Made by a program: the position numbers and the translations under genes. A model generated the notes under the pieces. The model had not been told where the DNA came from. It did no database searches and saw only the letters and a list, made by a program, of their open reading frames with translations. A DNA stretch of 64,000 nucleotides from Candidatus Lustribacter sp. (lineage in GTDB: Bacteria; Vulcanimicrobiota; Vulcanimicrobiia; Vulcanimicrobiales; Vulcanimicrobiaceae). Shown piece after piece: positions 36,421 through 48,399 of the stretch. Position 1 is the stretch's first letter; the number at the start of each line of letters is the position of its first letter. The stretch is from contig OZ255842.1 of NCBI GenBank assembly GCA_965277805.1, positions 1,696,001 to 1,760,000 of the forward strand. The letters run 5' to 3'.

Positions 36421-37515
36421 CTAGGCGGGTTGCAAGGCCCGATAGTGGCGGCCCTTGGAAACGGGCGCCAGGTCGCCGGCGATTTGCTTCCAGTGCGCCG
36501 CCGAGTCGTCGCTGGAAAACACGATACCGTCGGTCGTTCCGGCGTAGAGCGTGAACCCGCCGGGATAGGCGGCCATGCTCATGGCTTCGATATTCGGCCG
36601 GCGATCGGCCGGAAAGCCGACGCTTGCATCGGTCCAGTTGAGACCACGATCCGCACTCTTCATGATCGTTCCGTCGGCATAGTGCGTGGTGCGCCACTGG
36701 CCCGGATCCTTCGATGCGCCGGCAACGAAGATCGTGTTCGGGTCGAGCGGCGAGATGATGAAATGATCGGGGTAGCCGATCCGGAAACTGTTGTCGATCT
36801 CGAGTTCCCACGTTTCGCCGGCGTCGAGGCTGTGATAGATCCCCATGCCGGTAGTGAGAAAGAGTTCGTTCGAGTTATCGGGGTGCACGGTGAGCAAGTG
36901 CACGTCGCGATACGTCCAGTCGGTGGGTTTCGAGAATTCCGATATTTCGCGCCACGTTGCGCCGCCGTCGGTCGTCTTGAACATTGCGCCCTGCTCCACG
37001 CCGGCGTAGACGACGTTGGGATTGCGTTTGTCGACCGTGATCGTCTTCGTGTGCGGCAAATGCGGCGGCGCGGGGAACACCCACTTCTCGCAGCCGGCCG
37101 CGCCTTTGATGCCGGCCAGCTCGCGCCACGACAAACCGTAGTCGTCGCTGCGGAAAATCGACGCGGGTTCCGTTCCCACATACAGCACGACGTCCTCGCC
37201 GACGTTCGCGTACGCGAGCGAGAACGCGTGCTCGATCGTCAACCCGTTGGTGCGCAGTTCCCACGTTTCGCCGTTGTCGCCGCTGAAGTACAATCCACCG
37301 TCGTGCATGCCGGCAAAAATGCCGCCGCGCTTCGGCTCGATCATGATCGAACCGCAATGATGTCCGTCGAGCGTGCGCCCGCGATCGGTCCACTGCGCGT
37401 CGGCGTTGGCGCGTTCGAGCAGGTTGATGCCCTTGATCGTCGCGACGAGCAACCGGGTGGGCGGCTCCTCACCAAAACAGAGATTCTGGCCGTTCGCGGA
37501 AAGACAAGCGATCAT
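36421..37515 (-). CDS. BNR/Asp-box beta-propeller protein, no obvious signal peptide
   Basis: Repeated SxDxGxTW boxes (SGDNGETW, SDDYGLSW, TTDGGATW, SLDAGETW, SADRGLNW). Confidence 0.85.
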   Translation of the reverse strand: MIACLSANGQNLCFGEEPPTRLLVATIKGINLLERANADAQWTDRGRTLDGHHCGSIMIEPKRGGIFAGMHDGGLYFSGDNGETWELRTNGLTIEHAFSLAYANVGEDVVLYVGTEPASIFRSDDYGLSWRELAGIKGAAGCEKWVFPAPPHLPHTKTITVDKRNPNVVYAGVEQGAMFKTTDGGATWREISEFSKPTDWTYRDVHLLTVHPDNSNELFLTTGMGIYHSLDAGETWELEIDNSFRIGYPDHFIISPLDPNTIFVAGASKDPGQWRTTHYADGTIMKSADRGLNWTDASVGFPADRRPNIEAMSMAAYPGGFTLYAGTTDGIVFSSDDSAAHWKQIAGDLAPVSKGRHYRALQPA

Positions 37516-37539
37516 GGTGAGCTCCCTCGTTACCTTGCC

Positions 37540-37567
37540 AATAATGCTATTATACTATAACATTATT
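37540..37567. promoter_or_regulatory. AT-rich inverted-repeat operator in a divergent promoter
   Basis: AATAATGCTAT-TATACT-ATAACATTATT; arms match 10/11; spacer is a -10-like TATACT. Confidence 0.75.
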
Positions 37568-37593
37568 TCACCCCTCCACGGAAGGCCGCCCGG

Positions 37594-38901
37594 ATGAGAC
37601 TTGACGACAATCCCGCAACGGCGGCCAACCCAGCCGAGGGCGTGGTGAGCCGGGAGATCTTCTCCAGCGAGAGTATCTTCGCGCAAGAGCTCGAGCGGGT
37701 GTTCGCGCCGTCGTGGGCGTTCGTCGGTCACACGAGCCAGATTCCCGCCGACGGCGACTACGTGCTCTCGCGCGTCGGTCAAGAATCCGTCATCGTCGCG
37801 CGAGAAAAGGGCGGCGCGATCAACGTGCTGCTGAATAGCTGCCGCCACCGCGGCATGCCCGTGTGCCGCTACGACACCGGCAACGCAAGCGCGTTCACTT
37901 GTTCCTATCATGCCTGGTCATACGACCTCGAAGGCGCGCTCACGGGCGTGCCGCGTTTGAACGAAGCTTATCACGGCGAGCTCGACCGCACGCAGTGGGG
38001 TTTGGTGAAAGCGCGCGTCGCGATCTTCTACGGTTCGATCTGGGCGTCGTTCGATGAGAACGCGCCGGATTTCGAAACGTTCCTCGGCGACATGGCCTAC
38101 TACGTCCGCGATTTGATGCAAAGCCCCGACGGCGAAGACGACGGCTACGAAGTGATCGGCGGCATCGTCAAATGGCGGATGCCGTGCAACTGGAAGTTCG
38201 GCGCCGAAAATTTCACCGGCGACCACTACCACAACTACAGCCACCGTTCGGTCGACCGGCTCAAGATCAGCCTCAGCGGGAAGGCCTCGCGTCACCCGCT
38301 GGCGGGGATCGAAACGCCGTTCAAGTTTCTGAACATCGCGCATCCCGGCGGGCACACCGTGCGCGCCAACCTCTACGAGGCGCAGACGGAATATACGTCG
38401 CTATGGGGCGACGAACCCGAAGTCGATGCGTACTTCCGCGCCGCGCACGAGAAACGGCAGCGGCGTTTGGGCGATCGCGCCCGGCTCATCACCCGCGGCG
38501 GCGTGGTGTTCCCGAACATGCACTACAACACGGGCGGACGCAACACCGTCGGCATCTGGGTGCCGATCAGCGCCGCGGAAACCGAAGTGTGGCGCTGGCT
38601 CTTCGTTCCGCGTGAAGCGCCGCAAATCGTCAAGGATACCTTACGCCACTTTTACCTGCGCTACGCCGGGCCGGCCGGCATGACCGAACAGGACGACATG
38701 GAGAACTGGAGCGCCGCGCAGCGCGGCACGAGCGGCGTCACGGCGCGTAAGTTTCCGTTCAACTTTCAGCTCAACATCAACGAAGCGCACCGCGCCTGGC
38801 CCGAAGCGTGGCTCGGCGCCGATGCGATGGTCACGGCCGGCGTCTCCGAACACAACCAGCGTTCGTTCTACGCGCGCTGGAATGAGATGATGTCAGCGTG
38901 A
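37594..38901 (+). CDS. Aromatic ring-hydroxylating Rieske dioxygenase, alpha subunit
   Basis: NSCRHRG..CSYHAW Rieske site; NWKFGAENFTGDHYH..SH and QDDMENW mononuclear Fe site. Confidence 0.95.
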   Translation: MRLDDNPATAANPAEGVVSREIFSSESIFAQELERVFAPSWAFVGHTSQIPADGDYVLSRVGQESVIVAREKGGAINVLLNSCRHRGMPVCRYDTGNASAFTCSYHAWSYDLEGALTGVPRLNEAYHGELDRTQWGLVKARVAIFYGSIWASFDENAPDFETFLGDMAYYVRDLMQSPDGEDDGYEVIGGIVKWRMPCNWKFGAENFTGDHYHNYSHRSVDRLKISLSGKASRHPLAGIETPFKFLNIAHPGGHTVRANLYEAQTEYTSLWGDEPEVDAYFRAAHEKRQRRLGDRARLITRGGVVFPNMHYNTGGRNTVGIWVPISAAETEVWRWLFVPREAPQIVKDTLRHFYLRYAGPAGMTEQDDMENWSAAQRGTSGVTARKFPFNFQLNINEAHRAWPEAWLGADAMVTAGVSEHNQRSFYARWNEMMSA

Positions 38902-39440
38902 GCAACGTCGCGCCCACCGCCTTGGAAACCGGCCTCGCGCAGCTGCTGTTGCAGCGCGAAATCGAGGCGTTCTACACGCGCGAAGCCGAGTTGCTCGACG
39001 AGCGCCGCTTCGCCGAATGGCTCGAGCTCTTTGCCGAGGACGCGCGTTACTTCATGCCGATCGCGCGCAACGTCGCGTTCGACCGGCCGCAAGACGAGTA
39101 CACGCGCGAGGGAGCCGACGCGAACTGGTTCGATGAGGGCAAAGAATACCTCATAAAGCGCGTGGAACAGCTCGAAAGCGGCGATCACTGGGCCGAAGAG
39201 CCGCGGTCGCGCACCTCACACCTGATCACCAACGTCAACGTCGCCGGGATCGACGGCACGGACATGACCGTCCACTGCCGCTTCATCGTCTCGCAAATCC
39301 GGCAAGAGACCGACCACAACGTGTTCGTGGGCAAGCGCACCGACATATTGCGCCGCACCGACGCCCTCCACATCGCGCACCGCTCGATCTACCTCGACCA
39401 AAGCGTGATGCTCGCGAAGGGCCTAACGACGTTCTTTTAA
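38898..39440 (+). CDS. Ring-hydroxylating dioxygenase, beta subunit
   Basis: FYTREAELLDERRFAEWL, WAEEPRSRTSHLITNV, ends TTFF. Confidence 0.95.
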   Translation: MSNVAPTALETGLAQLLLQREIEAFYTREAELLDERRFAEWLELFAEDARYFMPIARNVAFDRPQDEYTREGADANWFDEGKEYLIKRVEQLESGDHWAEEPRSRTSHLITNVNVAGIDGTDMTVHCRFIVSQIRQETDHNVFVGKRTDILRRTDALHIAHRSIYLDQSVMLAKGLTTFF

Positions 39441-39447
39441 TGTCAAG

Positions 39448-40302
39448 TTACGCCGTCAGGTAGCTCCGGACGATGGTGTTGAAGGTTTCGGGGTGTTCCC
39501 ATTGGGGCCAGTGGCCGGAATCTTCCATCAAGGCCCAGCCGGCGTCGGGGACGTAGCTCATCGCTTTTTGCGCGGTGACGACTTGCTGTGAGGGGTTGTG
39601 GTCGGTCCACAGAAACAGCATCGGCACCTTGATGCGCGCGAGGTTTTCGGGCGTGAGCTGGTGCTCGGGGTCGCGGCCTTCGGCGGTGTTGCCGGCTTTG
39701 CCGACTGAGAGCTGATAGAGCGCCCAGCGCAAGTCGATCAGTTCCTCGGTGATGTCGCGCTCGGGCTTCGTGAAGAGCCAGCCGAGACGTTCGCGCACGT
39801 TCTCGCGGGTCGGATTGGCCACGAACTGCTTCGTCAGCCGCCGGAACTCGCCGAGGCCGGCGTCGGTCTTCTTCTGCGTCTCTTCATCGACCGGAACGCT
39901 GAGGTGCGCGCCGACGGTGTAGATGATCTTGCCGACCCGGTCGGGATGATACACGGCGGTCCAGAACGCGATCGCGCCGCCGAGCGACTCGCCGATCAAA
40001 TGCGCCTTCTTGATGCCGGCCGCATCCATGTAGTCGATGAGGTGCTTGACGAACGTCGGCATCGTGGCCGGCGCGTCGCTCGAGTCGGTGAGGCCGTGCC
40101 CATAATAATCTATCGAGCGCGCGTCGAATTCATCGGAGAGCGGGACGATGTTGCGTGCGAAGGCTTCCGCGTGCCCGCCGCCGCCGTGCAGCATGATGAT
40201 CGGCATTCCGCTGCCGGCCTGTATACTGCGCGTGCGAATACCGGCTGCATCGTAGAAGCGCACTTCGGCGCCCAGCAGCTCGAGCCAGAGGGTCGATGCC
40301 AC
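39448..40302 (-). CDS. Alpha/beta hydrolase, meta-cleavage product hydrolase-like
   Basis: LHGGGGH, GESLGG, GHWPQWEHPETFN. Confidence 0.85.
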   Translation of the reverse strand: MASTLWLELLGAEVRFYDAAGIRTRSIQAGSGMPIIMLHGGGGHAEAFARNIVPLSDEFDARSIDYYGHGLTDSSDAPATMPTFVKHLIDYMDAAGIKKAHLIGESLGGAIAFWTAVYHPDRVGKIIYTVGAHLSVPVDEETQKKTDAGLGEFRRLTKQFVANPTRENVRERLGWLFTKPERDITEELIDLRWALYQLSVGKAGNTAEGRDPEHQLTPENLARIKVPMLFLWTDHNPSQQVVTAQKAMSYVPDAGWALMEDSGHWPQWEHPETFNTIVRSYLTA

Positions 40303-40303
40303 G

Positions 40304-41116
40304 CTAAGCTGCCGCCGTCGTTCCGACGATCTCGCGCAATTTGCGCGTCAGTTCGTCTTTGGCCGGATCGTTCTCGAGGTCGATCGACGAGGTACCGACG
40401 CCGAGGTAGCGTTCCATGATGTCGGAGCTGGCGAGCAGTTCGTCGCCCGTGCCTTCGCGCACGATCTTGCCGGTCTCGATCACGTACCCGCGATCGGCGA
40501 TCGCAAGGCTGAGCCGCGCATTCTGTTCGGAGAGCAAAATCGAGCAGCCCGTTTCGCGCAAGGTCGCGAGGATGCGGAAGATTTCCGTCACCAGGATGGG
40601 CGAGAGCCCGAGCGAGGGCTCATCGAGCAGCAACAGCTTCGGCTTGAGCATCAGGCCGCGGCCGATCGCGAGCATTTGCTGCTGACCGCCCGAGAGGCCG
40701 CCGGCCGGTAAGTTCTCGCGTTCTTTGAGAATCGGGAACGTGCGGTAGACCTCGGCCGCGCGCGATGACAGTTCTTCGCGCGAGAGCGAACCCAATTGCG
40801 TATACGCGCCGATCTCCAGGTTCTCGGCCACGCTGAGATCGCCGAAGATCTGGCGGCCTTCGGGCACGTGCGCGAGCCCCAGTTGCACGCGCGCGACCGA
40901 CGAGAGGCCCGAGAGCGGCTTGCCGGCCAGTTCGGCCGTGCCCGCGCGGGGCGTGATCAATCCCGAGATCGTCTTCAGCAGGGTCGTCTTGCCGGCGCCG
41001 TTCGCGCCGACCAGCGCGACCATCTCGCCCTCGGCGACGTGCAGCGAAACGCCGTGCAGCACGACGGCCGCGCCGTAGCCGGCCGTGAGGTTGGTGATAT
41101 CGAGCATGTTGGCCAT
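40304..41116 (-). CDS. livF: LivF-like ABC ATPase
   Basis: GANGAGKTT, HVPEGRQIF, LSGGQQQM, LLDEPSLGL. Confidence 0.9.
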   Translation of the reverse strand: MANMLDITNLTAGYGAAVVLHGVSLHVAEGEMVALVGANGAGKTTLLKTISGLITPRAGTAELAGKPLSGLSSVARVQLGLAHVPEGRQIFGDLSVAENLEIGAYTQLGSLSREELSSRAAEVYRTFPILKERENLPAGGLSGGQQQMLAIGRGLMLKPKLLLLDEPSLGLSPILVTEIFRILATLRETGCSILLSEQNARLSLAIADRGYVIETGKIVREGTGDELLASSDIMERYLGVGTSSIDLENDPAKDELTRKLREIVGTTAAA

Positions 41117-41901
41117 CAGCTTGCCACCGTATCCGTCGTGCGGCCGACGTAGGCTTCGATGACCCGCTCGTCGGCTTGAACGGCAGCCGGTGTGCCGCGT
41201 GCGATCACGCGTCCCGCATCGAGCACGACGATGTCTTGCGAGATCGACATGACCAGCGACATGTTGTGTTCCACGACGACCATCGTGACGCCGGCGGCGT
41301 TGATTGCCACGAGCAATTCGGCGAGCCGCAGCGTCTCGGTGTCGTTGAGACCGGCGGCGGGTTCATCGAGCAGCAGCACCTTCGGCCCCGCCATCAGCGC
41401 GCGTGCGATCTCGAGCAGCTTCTGCAAACCGAGCGGCAAGCTGATCGCCGAGTCCTCGGCGACCGAGCTGAGCCCGAGCACGTCGATCAGGTGCTCGGCC
41501 TTCTCACGCACGGTCCGTTCTTCGGATGCGGCGCGCGGCAAGTGCAGCGCTTCTTCCCACACGTTGGCGGTCACCCCGATGTGGGCGCCCGCCAGCACGT
41601 TCTCGAGCACCGTCATGCCGGCGAAGACGCGCGCGGTCTGGAACGTGCGGATCAGGCCGAGGCGCGCGATCTTGTCGGAACGCATCCCCACCAGGTCCTG
41701 GCCGAAGTATGCGATCGAACCCGAGTCGGCGATGTAGAGGTTCGTGAAGAGGTTGAACATCGTGCTCTTGCCGGCACCGTTCGGCCCGATCAACGCGGAC
41801 AGCGAACCGGCCCGGATGTTGAACGAGACGTCGGCGATGGCATGCACGCCGCCGAACGATTTGGTGACGTTCGTAACGGTGAGCGCGTCTTGTGTGTTCA
41901 C
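41116..41901 (-). CDS. livG: LivG-like ABC ATPase
   Basis: GPNGAGKST, RTFQ, LLDEPAAGL, VEHNM, VIEAYVG; GTGA overlap start. Confidence 0.9.
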   Translation of the reverse strand: MNTQDALTVTNVTKSFGGVHAIADVSFNIRAGSLSALIGPNGAGKSTMFNLFTNLYIADSGSIAYFGQDLVGMRSDKIARLGLIRTFQTARVFAGMTVLENVLAGAHIGVTANVWEEALHLPRAASEERTVREKAEHLIDVLGLSSVAEDSAISLPLGLQKLLEIARALMAGPKVLLLDEPAAGLNDTETLRLAELLVAINAAGVTMVVVEHNMSLVMSISQDIVVLDAGRVIARGTPAAVQADERVIEAYVGRTTDTVAS

Positions 41902-43817
41902 GCTGCAGTCTCCGCCGGCAGTGGCGTCGGTGTGGGCCGGCTGCTGCCGCCCGTGAAACGCCGGATCAGCGATGTGAAGCCGCCGTACAGGCCGCTCGGG
42001 AAGTAGAGCATGGCCGTGACGAGCAAGATGCCCGACGCCAGCGTCTTGTAGTTCGCCAAGAATTGGAACGCGGTCGGCAGCAGCGTCAAGAGCACGACGC
42101 CGATCACCGGTCCGACAAGGGTGCCCTCGCCGCCGATCACGAGCATCGTGATGATTAGGAACGACTGCTGCGTCGAGACCATGTCGGGCGAGAGAAACTG
42201 GAAGTCGAAAGCCAGCAAGCTGCCCGCGATCGACGCGAACGCCGCTCCGATGAGGAAGGCGTAGAGCTTGTAGCGCGGCACGTCGACGCCCAGCGCCAGC
42301 GCCGCCGTCTGGTCGGTACGGATCGAGCGCAGCACGCGACCGAAGTCCGAGCGCATCGCGTTGCCGAGCACGATCAGCCCGACGATCACGACGCCCCACA
42401 CGAGGTAGTAGTTCGCGACCGGCCCGGTAAACGTGTAGCCGCCGATCGAGAAGTTCGGAATGCCGGTCATGCCCGAGGGGCCGCCGGTCCAGTCGCTGAG
42501 GCCGACGGTCAACGTGTCGATCAAGAGGCCGAACGAGAGCGTCGCGAGCGCCATGTAGTGACCGCGCAGACGCACCGTCACCATCGAGAGCACCGTCGCG
42601 CAGAGCAGCGAGACGACGAGACCCAGCAGCACGCCGACGATCGGCGGCAAGCCGAACTTCACGCAACTGATAGCCGCGGTGTAGCCGCCCATCGCCATGA
42701 ACGCGGCGTGCCCGAGGCTCACTTGACCGCAGTAGCCCAAGATGACGTCGAGCCCGAGCAACGCGATATAAAAGATGCCGGCGATGACGAGCGAGCTGAG
42801 CAGACCGCCGCCGCCCGTGGCGTTCAGCAGCACCGGCGCGACCAGCAGGAGCACCAGCATGATCCCGGCGAGCACGCGGCCCTGTACGGGGCTGAGCTTG
42901 GTTGAGACGCCGCTTTGGATGTGGGAGACGTCGCGCACGTCTTCGCGGCGCCGGATGCGGCCGGCGATGATGCCGGTCGGGCGCAAGATGAGCATCGCCA
43001 GGAGCAGCACGAGCGCGATCGTGGTCGAGAACAGCGAAGAGATGTAGCCCGCCGCGCCTTGCTCGATCAGACCGAGGCCCAGGCCGCCGACGACCGCGCC
43101 GAAGAACGAGGCGACGCCGCCGATCGTGACCGAGATGAAGCCGGCGTTCGTGAAGATGCCGCCGCCGTCGAACTGCAGCGAGACGATCGGGCCGATTACC
43201 ATGCCCGCGATGCCGCCGATTCCCGAGGCCACCGCGTAGGAGAGAATCGTCATCCGCTTGACGTTGATCCCCATCAGCGCCGCAGCGGCCGGATTTTCAG
43301 AGACCGCGCGCAGCGCCTTCCCGACCGTCGTCTTCTGCAGCACGTACCACAGGGCGAACACGATCAGGATCGTCGCGCCGGCGTCCCAGGGCGACTGGGT
43401 GGGGAAGCGCAGCCCGAAGACCTCGTAGGGCCGCGAGCCGGAGAACGGCTCGAGCTGGTACGGCTGGCTGCCCCAGCACAACAGAATCGCGCCTTCGAAG
43501 AACGTCAGCAGGCCGGCCGTCAGGATGACCATGCCGGCCGTCGGCAGTTTTCGCAGCGCCGGTTCGAGCACGAACATCGCCAGCAGCGTACCGATCAGCG
43601 TCGTCACCGCGAGCGAGGCGACGAACGCGATCGCCAGCGGCCACAGCAACACCTGATGGAACGTGTAGAGCAAGAGCGCGCCGACGACGACGAACGCGCC
43701 CTGCGCGAGATTGATCGTTCCGGTTACGCGGAAGATCAACGCGAACCCGAGCGCTACAAGGGCAAACGCGCCGCCCTGTAAGAGGCCGCCAATGATGATC
43801 TCAAGTGCCTGTTGCAT
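41898..43817 (-). CDS. Fused LivH-LivM ABC permease
   Basis: ALVALGFALIF..INLAQG; second domain GYCGQVSLGHAAF, RLRGHYMALAT. Confidence 0.9.
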   Translation of the reverse strand: MQQALEIIIGGLLQGGAFALVALGFALIFRVTGTINLAQGAFVVVGALLLYTFHQVLLWPLAIAFVASLAVTTLIGTLLAMFVLEPALRKLPTAGMVILTAGLLTFFEGAILLCWGSQPYQLEPFSGSRPYEVFGLRFPTQSPWDAGATILIVFALWYVLQKTTVGKALRAVSENPAAAALMGINVKRMTILSYAVASGIGGIAGMVIGPIVSLQFDGGGIFTNAGFISVTIGGVASFFGAVVGGLGLGLIEQGAAGYISSLFSTTIALVLLLAMLILRPTGIIAGRIRRREDVRDVSHIQSGVSTKLSPVQGRVLAGIMLVLLLVAPVLLNATGGGGLLSSLVIAGIFYIALLGLDVILGYCGQVSLGHAAFMAMGGYTAAISCVKFGLPPIVGVLLGLVVSLLCATVLSMVTVRLRGHYMALATLSFGLLIDTLTVGLSDWTGGPSGMTGIPNFSIGGYTFTGPVANYYLVWGVVIVGLIVLGNAMRSDFGRVLRSIRTDQTAALALGVDVPRYKLYAFLIGAAFASIAGSLLAFDFQFLSPDMVSTQQSFLIITMLVIGGEGTLVGPVIGVVLLTLLPTAFQFLANYKTLASGILLVTAMLYFPSGLYGGFTSLIRRFTGGSSRPTPTPLPAETAA

Positions 43818-43928
43818 GCAGCCTCCGTGAAGAGATTTCTTTCAGCTCAACGCACTCCCGGGGCGTTCCGTTCCGAAAAAGTGTAAGCCCGCACGGCATT
43901 TCGCGCGAGCTTACGCCTCGCCAAAATA

Positions 43929-44002
43929 TGCGGTCGGAGGGACTCGAACCCCCAACCTACAAGTTCGTAGCCTGTTGCTCTATCCAATTGAGCTACGACC
44001 GC
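43929..44002 (-). tRNA. tRNA-Arg(ACG), CCA not encoded
   Basis: GCGGTCG/CGACCGC; loop CT-ACG-AA. Confidence 0.96.
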
Positions 44003-44072
44003 ATGTTCCGTTGTCGCATCGGCGACCAGGCATGGTACTCCGCAAGGGTTGTGTTCCCTGCTGAGTGCGAAT

Positions 44073-44161
44073 CGGAGAGGGAGGGATTCGAACCCTCGAT
44101 ACAGTGTTATCCGTATAACGGTTTAGCAAACCGCCGCCTTCAGCCGCTCGGCCACCTCTCC
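44073..44161 (-). tRNA. tRNA-Ser(GCT), CCA not encoded
   Basis: GGAGAGG/CCTCTCC; loop TT-GCT-AA; long variable arm. Confidence 0.96.
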
Positions 44162-44256
44162 ACGGCGGCATGGGGCGTTCTCTTCACCGCCGCTCGCACC
44201 CTCGTCCGCTGCGCCGGCAAGATTCCGCAACGGCAAGCGAGCACACTTCCATCAAT

Positions 44257-46641
<2,385 letters not shown>

Positions 46642-46644
46642 CGG

Positions 46645-46959
46645 TTACTTTTCGGTGTCGGGCTCGGGCGGTGCCGATTCTTCGGCGAGCACGAAGAAGT
46701 CGTCGAGGATCTCTTGCGCGAGGTCGTCGTCGTCGAGCAGCGTGCCCGCGTCATCGGTGACGACGAACTCGTCGGCCGATTCGCTGTAGCAGACCGCGTA
46801 CGCGTTCTTTTCGTCGTCCTCGACCAAACCCACGACCTCGAATTCCAGCGACTGACCGTCATTGGTCTCGATCACGAGGATGTCGCGCAGTTCCAGCGGT
46901 CCGCCTTGGTCCGCGCCCTCACCGTTGCTGCCCCCGGCGCCGTTCGAACCTTCGATGAT
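46645..46959 (-). CDS. DUF1292 family acidic protein, proposed ATC start
   Basis: RDILVIETNDGQSLEFEVVG..YAV; GAGGAG 5 nt before ATC; next to ruvX/mltG. Confidence 0.75.
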   Translation of the reverse strand: MIEGSNGAGGSNGEGADQGGPLELRDILVIETNDGQSLEFEVVGLVEDDEKNAYAVCYSESADEFVVTDDAGTLLDDDDLAQEILDDFFVLAEESAPPEPDTEK

Positions 46960-46972
46960 GACTTCTCCTCAA

Positions 46973-47977
46973 TTAGCGGAGGTAGCGTTCCACGTTGGCG
47001 TTGTGCTCTTCGAGCGTCTTCGCGAACGCATGATGTCCGTTACCCTTGTAGACGTAATACAGAAACTGTGAGTGCACCGGAGCGAAGGCCGCGTCGATCG
47101 ACGCTTTACCCGGGTTGGCGATTGGTGTCGGCGGCAGGCCGGCGTGGCGATAGGTGTTATACGGGGAGTCGATCTCGAGGTCGCGGCGGGTGATCACCGT
47201 GTGGTGTTCGGGAAAGACGTATTCGATCGTTGCGTCGACTTCCAGCGGCATTCCCGCACGCAGCCGGTTGTAGTAGACGCCGGCCATGATCGCCCGTTCG
47301 TCGTCTGCTTGGGCCTCACGCTCGATCAGCGACGCGACCGTGATAACCTGCGGGACGGTGAGGCCGAGCGCTCGCGCCTTGGAAGCCGCATTCGCTGGCA
47401 ACTCGGTAAAAAACTGGTCGGTGAAGATGCGCGCGATGCGGCCCGCGTCGGCGCCGACCGGAACCAAGTAGGTACTCGGGAAGAGGAAACCCTCGAGCGA
47501 CTTCGTCCGCGTACCATCGACAACGAGCCCGGTGCGGGCAGCGTAGCGGTCGAAGCCGCTCGCGTCAACGAGCCGGTGCTCGGCAAGCCGCGACCCCATC
47601 TCGCGCGCCGTGAACCCTTCGGGAAAGGTCACCCAGAGCGCATCCACGGCGCCGGAGACCAGCCGGCGCAAGATCTCGTCGCTCGTTTGATGGGCCGGAA
47701 AGCGGAACTGCCCCGATTGGACGTCGGCCTCGTCGTCGCGGAAGCGAGCGAGCAGGCGCAGTGCGATCGGGTGGGCAACGATGCCCGCGCTTTGCAGGCC
47801 GGCCACCACGTCGCCGAGCGTCGATCCGCGGGGCACGACGAACGTCGCGGGCGCAACCGGAAGCGAACGATCGCCGTACACGGCGTCGCGGAACCACAAG
47901 CCGGCGGCCGCAACGATAACACCGGCAGCGACGACGATGGCGATCGCCGTGTTGATGAGCGCGCGGAGGGACTTCAC
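46973..47977 (-). CDS. mltG: Endolytic transglycosylase MltG
   Basis: TFPEGF, LEGFLFPSTY, ASLIERE, SPYNTY..GLPPTPIANPG. Confidence 0.96.
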   Translation of the reverse strand: MKSLRALINTAIAIVVAAGVIVAAAGLWFRDAVYGDRSLPVAPATFVVPRGSTLGDVVAGLQSAGIVAHPIALRLLARFRDDEADVQSGQFRFPAHQTSDEILRRLVSGAVDALWVTFPEGFTAREMGSRLAEHRLVDASGFDRYAARTGLVVDGTRTKSLEGFLFPSTYLVPVGADAGRIARIFTDQFFTELPANAASKARALGLTVPQVITVASLIEREAQADDERAIMAGVYYNRLRAGMPLEVDATIEYVFPEHHTVITRRDLEIDSPYNTYRHAGLPPTPIANPGKASIDAAFAPVHSQFLYYVYKGNGHHAFAKTLEEHNANVERYLR

Positions 47978-48399
47978 GCGCGGGCGCGGGCCAAGTACGT
48001 TTCGAGGATCATCGCCGCGGCCAGTTTGTCGACGACGGTCTTACGTTTCGCGCGCGAGACGTCAGCTCCGATCAGCGACTTCTGCACGGCGGCGGTCGTC
48101 AGGCGTTCGTCGATGCGTTCGATGCGGCCGTCGTACGCGCGCGCTAAGTGCGCGACGAACGCGTCGATGTTTTCCGCCGCGATGCCGCGCGTACCGGCCA
48201 TCGTCAGCGGGTCGCCCACAACGATCGTCTTGGCATTCCGTTCGCGCGCGATCTCGACGATCGCCGCCACGTCGTCGCGCACGTTCGTGCGTTCGATCGT
48301 GTCGTGTGGAAAGGCGAACGTCCCGAGCGGATCGCTCACCGCCACGCCGATGCGGCGCGACCCGACATCGAGCGCGACCACGCTGCCGTCGACCGGCAT
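47974..48399 (-). CDS. ruvX: Pre-16S rRNA nuclease / Holliday junction resolvase RuvX (YqgF)
   Basis: ALDVGSRRIGVAVSD, DERLTT, VDKLAAAMILETYL. Confidence 0.95.
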   Translation of the reverse strand: MPVDGSVVALDVGSRRIGVAVSDPLGTFAFPHDTIERTNVRDDVAAIVEIARERNAKTIVVGDPLTMAGTRGIAAENIDAFVAHLARAYDGRIERIDERLTTAAVQKSLIGADVSRAKRKTVVDKLAAAMILETYLARARA

